DNA of 63,801 nt, filler included, from Hausera hauseri (taxonomy: Eukaryota), in assembly GCA_046269625.1 (NCBI GenBank). It is 11 parts of 11 records of this genome, joined end to end, with 100 filler letters (N's around TTAATTAATTAA, not from the genome) between each part and the next. Parts side by side here need not be neighbours in the genome. Positions count along the whole stretch, not along the records: positions 58,509 to 63,801 come from JBJURY010287947.1; 10 more parts are not named here. One strand, written 5' to 3'. Positions within the stretch are counted from its first letter, which is position 1. The number at the start of each line of letters is the position of its first letter. Both the position numbers and the translations under genes were made by a program. The notes under the pieces were generated by a model. It made no database searches. It saw only the letters and a list, made by a program, of their open reading frames with translations, and was not told the origin of the DNA. This document shows positions 62,935 through 63,801 of the stretch, one piece after another.

Positions 62935-63801
62935 ACGAAATGTACTGCAAAAACAATTACTATGTAAGACCAGAATTTCCCAAGGAGGACTATATTGAAT
63001 TCAAGGAGTTCGAGAAGAAGATCAAGGTCCCAATAGTTACCTATTGCGACTTTGAAGTTATTCTTCGACCAATACACAGATGCACTCCCAGTCCTCAACA
63101 CAGCAGCACAATGGCATACCAATATCATGAACTCTCATCATATTGCATGTATGCCAAAGTACTGGACAGTGAACCATTTCTATTCAGGAGTCTAGGCGCA
63201 GCATTACATTTCATGAAATAACTGGAATACATGACTCATAGGATTGGAGATATGCTCTAGCAGTATAAGGATACCATAAACATGTCGAAAATGCAAGAAG
63301 AAGAATGGCACAAGGCAACAACATGTTACTTATGCTCCAAATCATTCACCAAATAGAATGATAAAGTCAAGGATCATTGCCATTTTACAGGCACATATCG
63401 CGGCGCAACATGCAACAACTGCAATCTGCGTTGCAAAACATGTACATGTGCCTGTATTGTTCCACAATCTCAGTGGGTATGATTCCCACTTTACTGTTCG
63501 GGAACTGGGCAACATTGATGGGAACATTGATGTCATTCCAAACAGTGAGGAAAAATATATCACCTTCACTAAGCATGTGGGCCGAATTAGACTTCGATTC
63601 GTAGACAGCTTCCAATTCACGAGCTCGTCACTGGATAGTTTAGTGAACAACCTCCCTGCAGAAAAACTCAGGTAGACGAAGCGGTTCTTCCCCACTGCAT
63701 TTTACATCGTCAAGAGGAAAGGCGTGTTTCCTTATAATTAAATAACATCATGGGAAACACTGGATGAGACCTCATTGCCGGACAAGAAAGAGTTTTACAG
63801 T
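62935..63801 (+). pseudogene. polB: Second Polinton pPolB fragment (exonuclease region)
   Basis: VPIVTYCDFE, CYLCSKSF, VKDHCHFTGTYRGATCNNCNL, VLFHNLSGYDSH, IPNSEEKYITF, RFVDSFQF..SSLDSLVNNL, RKGVFPY; contains stops. Confidence 0.93.

Overview
This window is not one continuous locus. It is 11 eukaryotic (invertebrate animal) contigs joined by an artificial 100-nt linker (N44-TTAATTAATTAA-N44): 1-7434, 7535-14491, 14592-19031, 19132-24389, 24490-28571, 28672-32639, 32740-36779, 36880-46752, 46853-51194, 51295-58408 and 58509-63801. Host content: a RACK1 retro-pseudogene, an initiator tRNA-Met, a broken LRR gene, anamorsin/CIAPIN1 and CFAP47 exons. The rest is mostly mobile DNA: hAT, three Tc1/mariner classes, RTE LINE ends, tRNA-SINEs, a Gypsy pol, Polinton/Maverick (adintovirus-like) segments, MITEs, minisatellites and a ~3.4-kb foldback. 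Top candidate: an LTR-retroelement-like unit (contig 2) with a tRNA-Arg-like PBS and CCHC Gag. A canonical -1 slippery site leads not into Pol but into a ~950-aa unknown ORF with a ubiquitin-like domain, which runs in-frame into a chuvirus-like (class III) envelope glycoprotein. A diverged relative with homologous Gag and a Ubl domain, and again no visible Pol, is tandemly duplicated in contig 9. Second candidate: a decayed Polinton (contig 8) carrying a TBP-like gene, dUTPase, an IAP-type UBA+RING and a DEDD-like nuclease besides pPolB, ATPase and integrase. All assignments are by motif recognition by eye; no searches were run.
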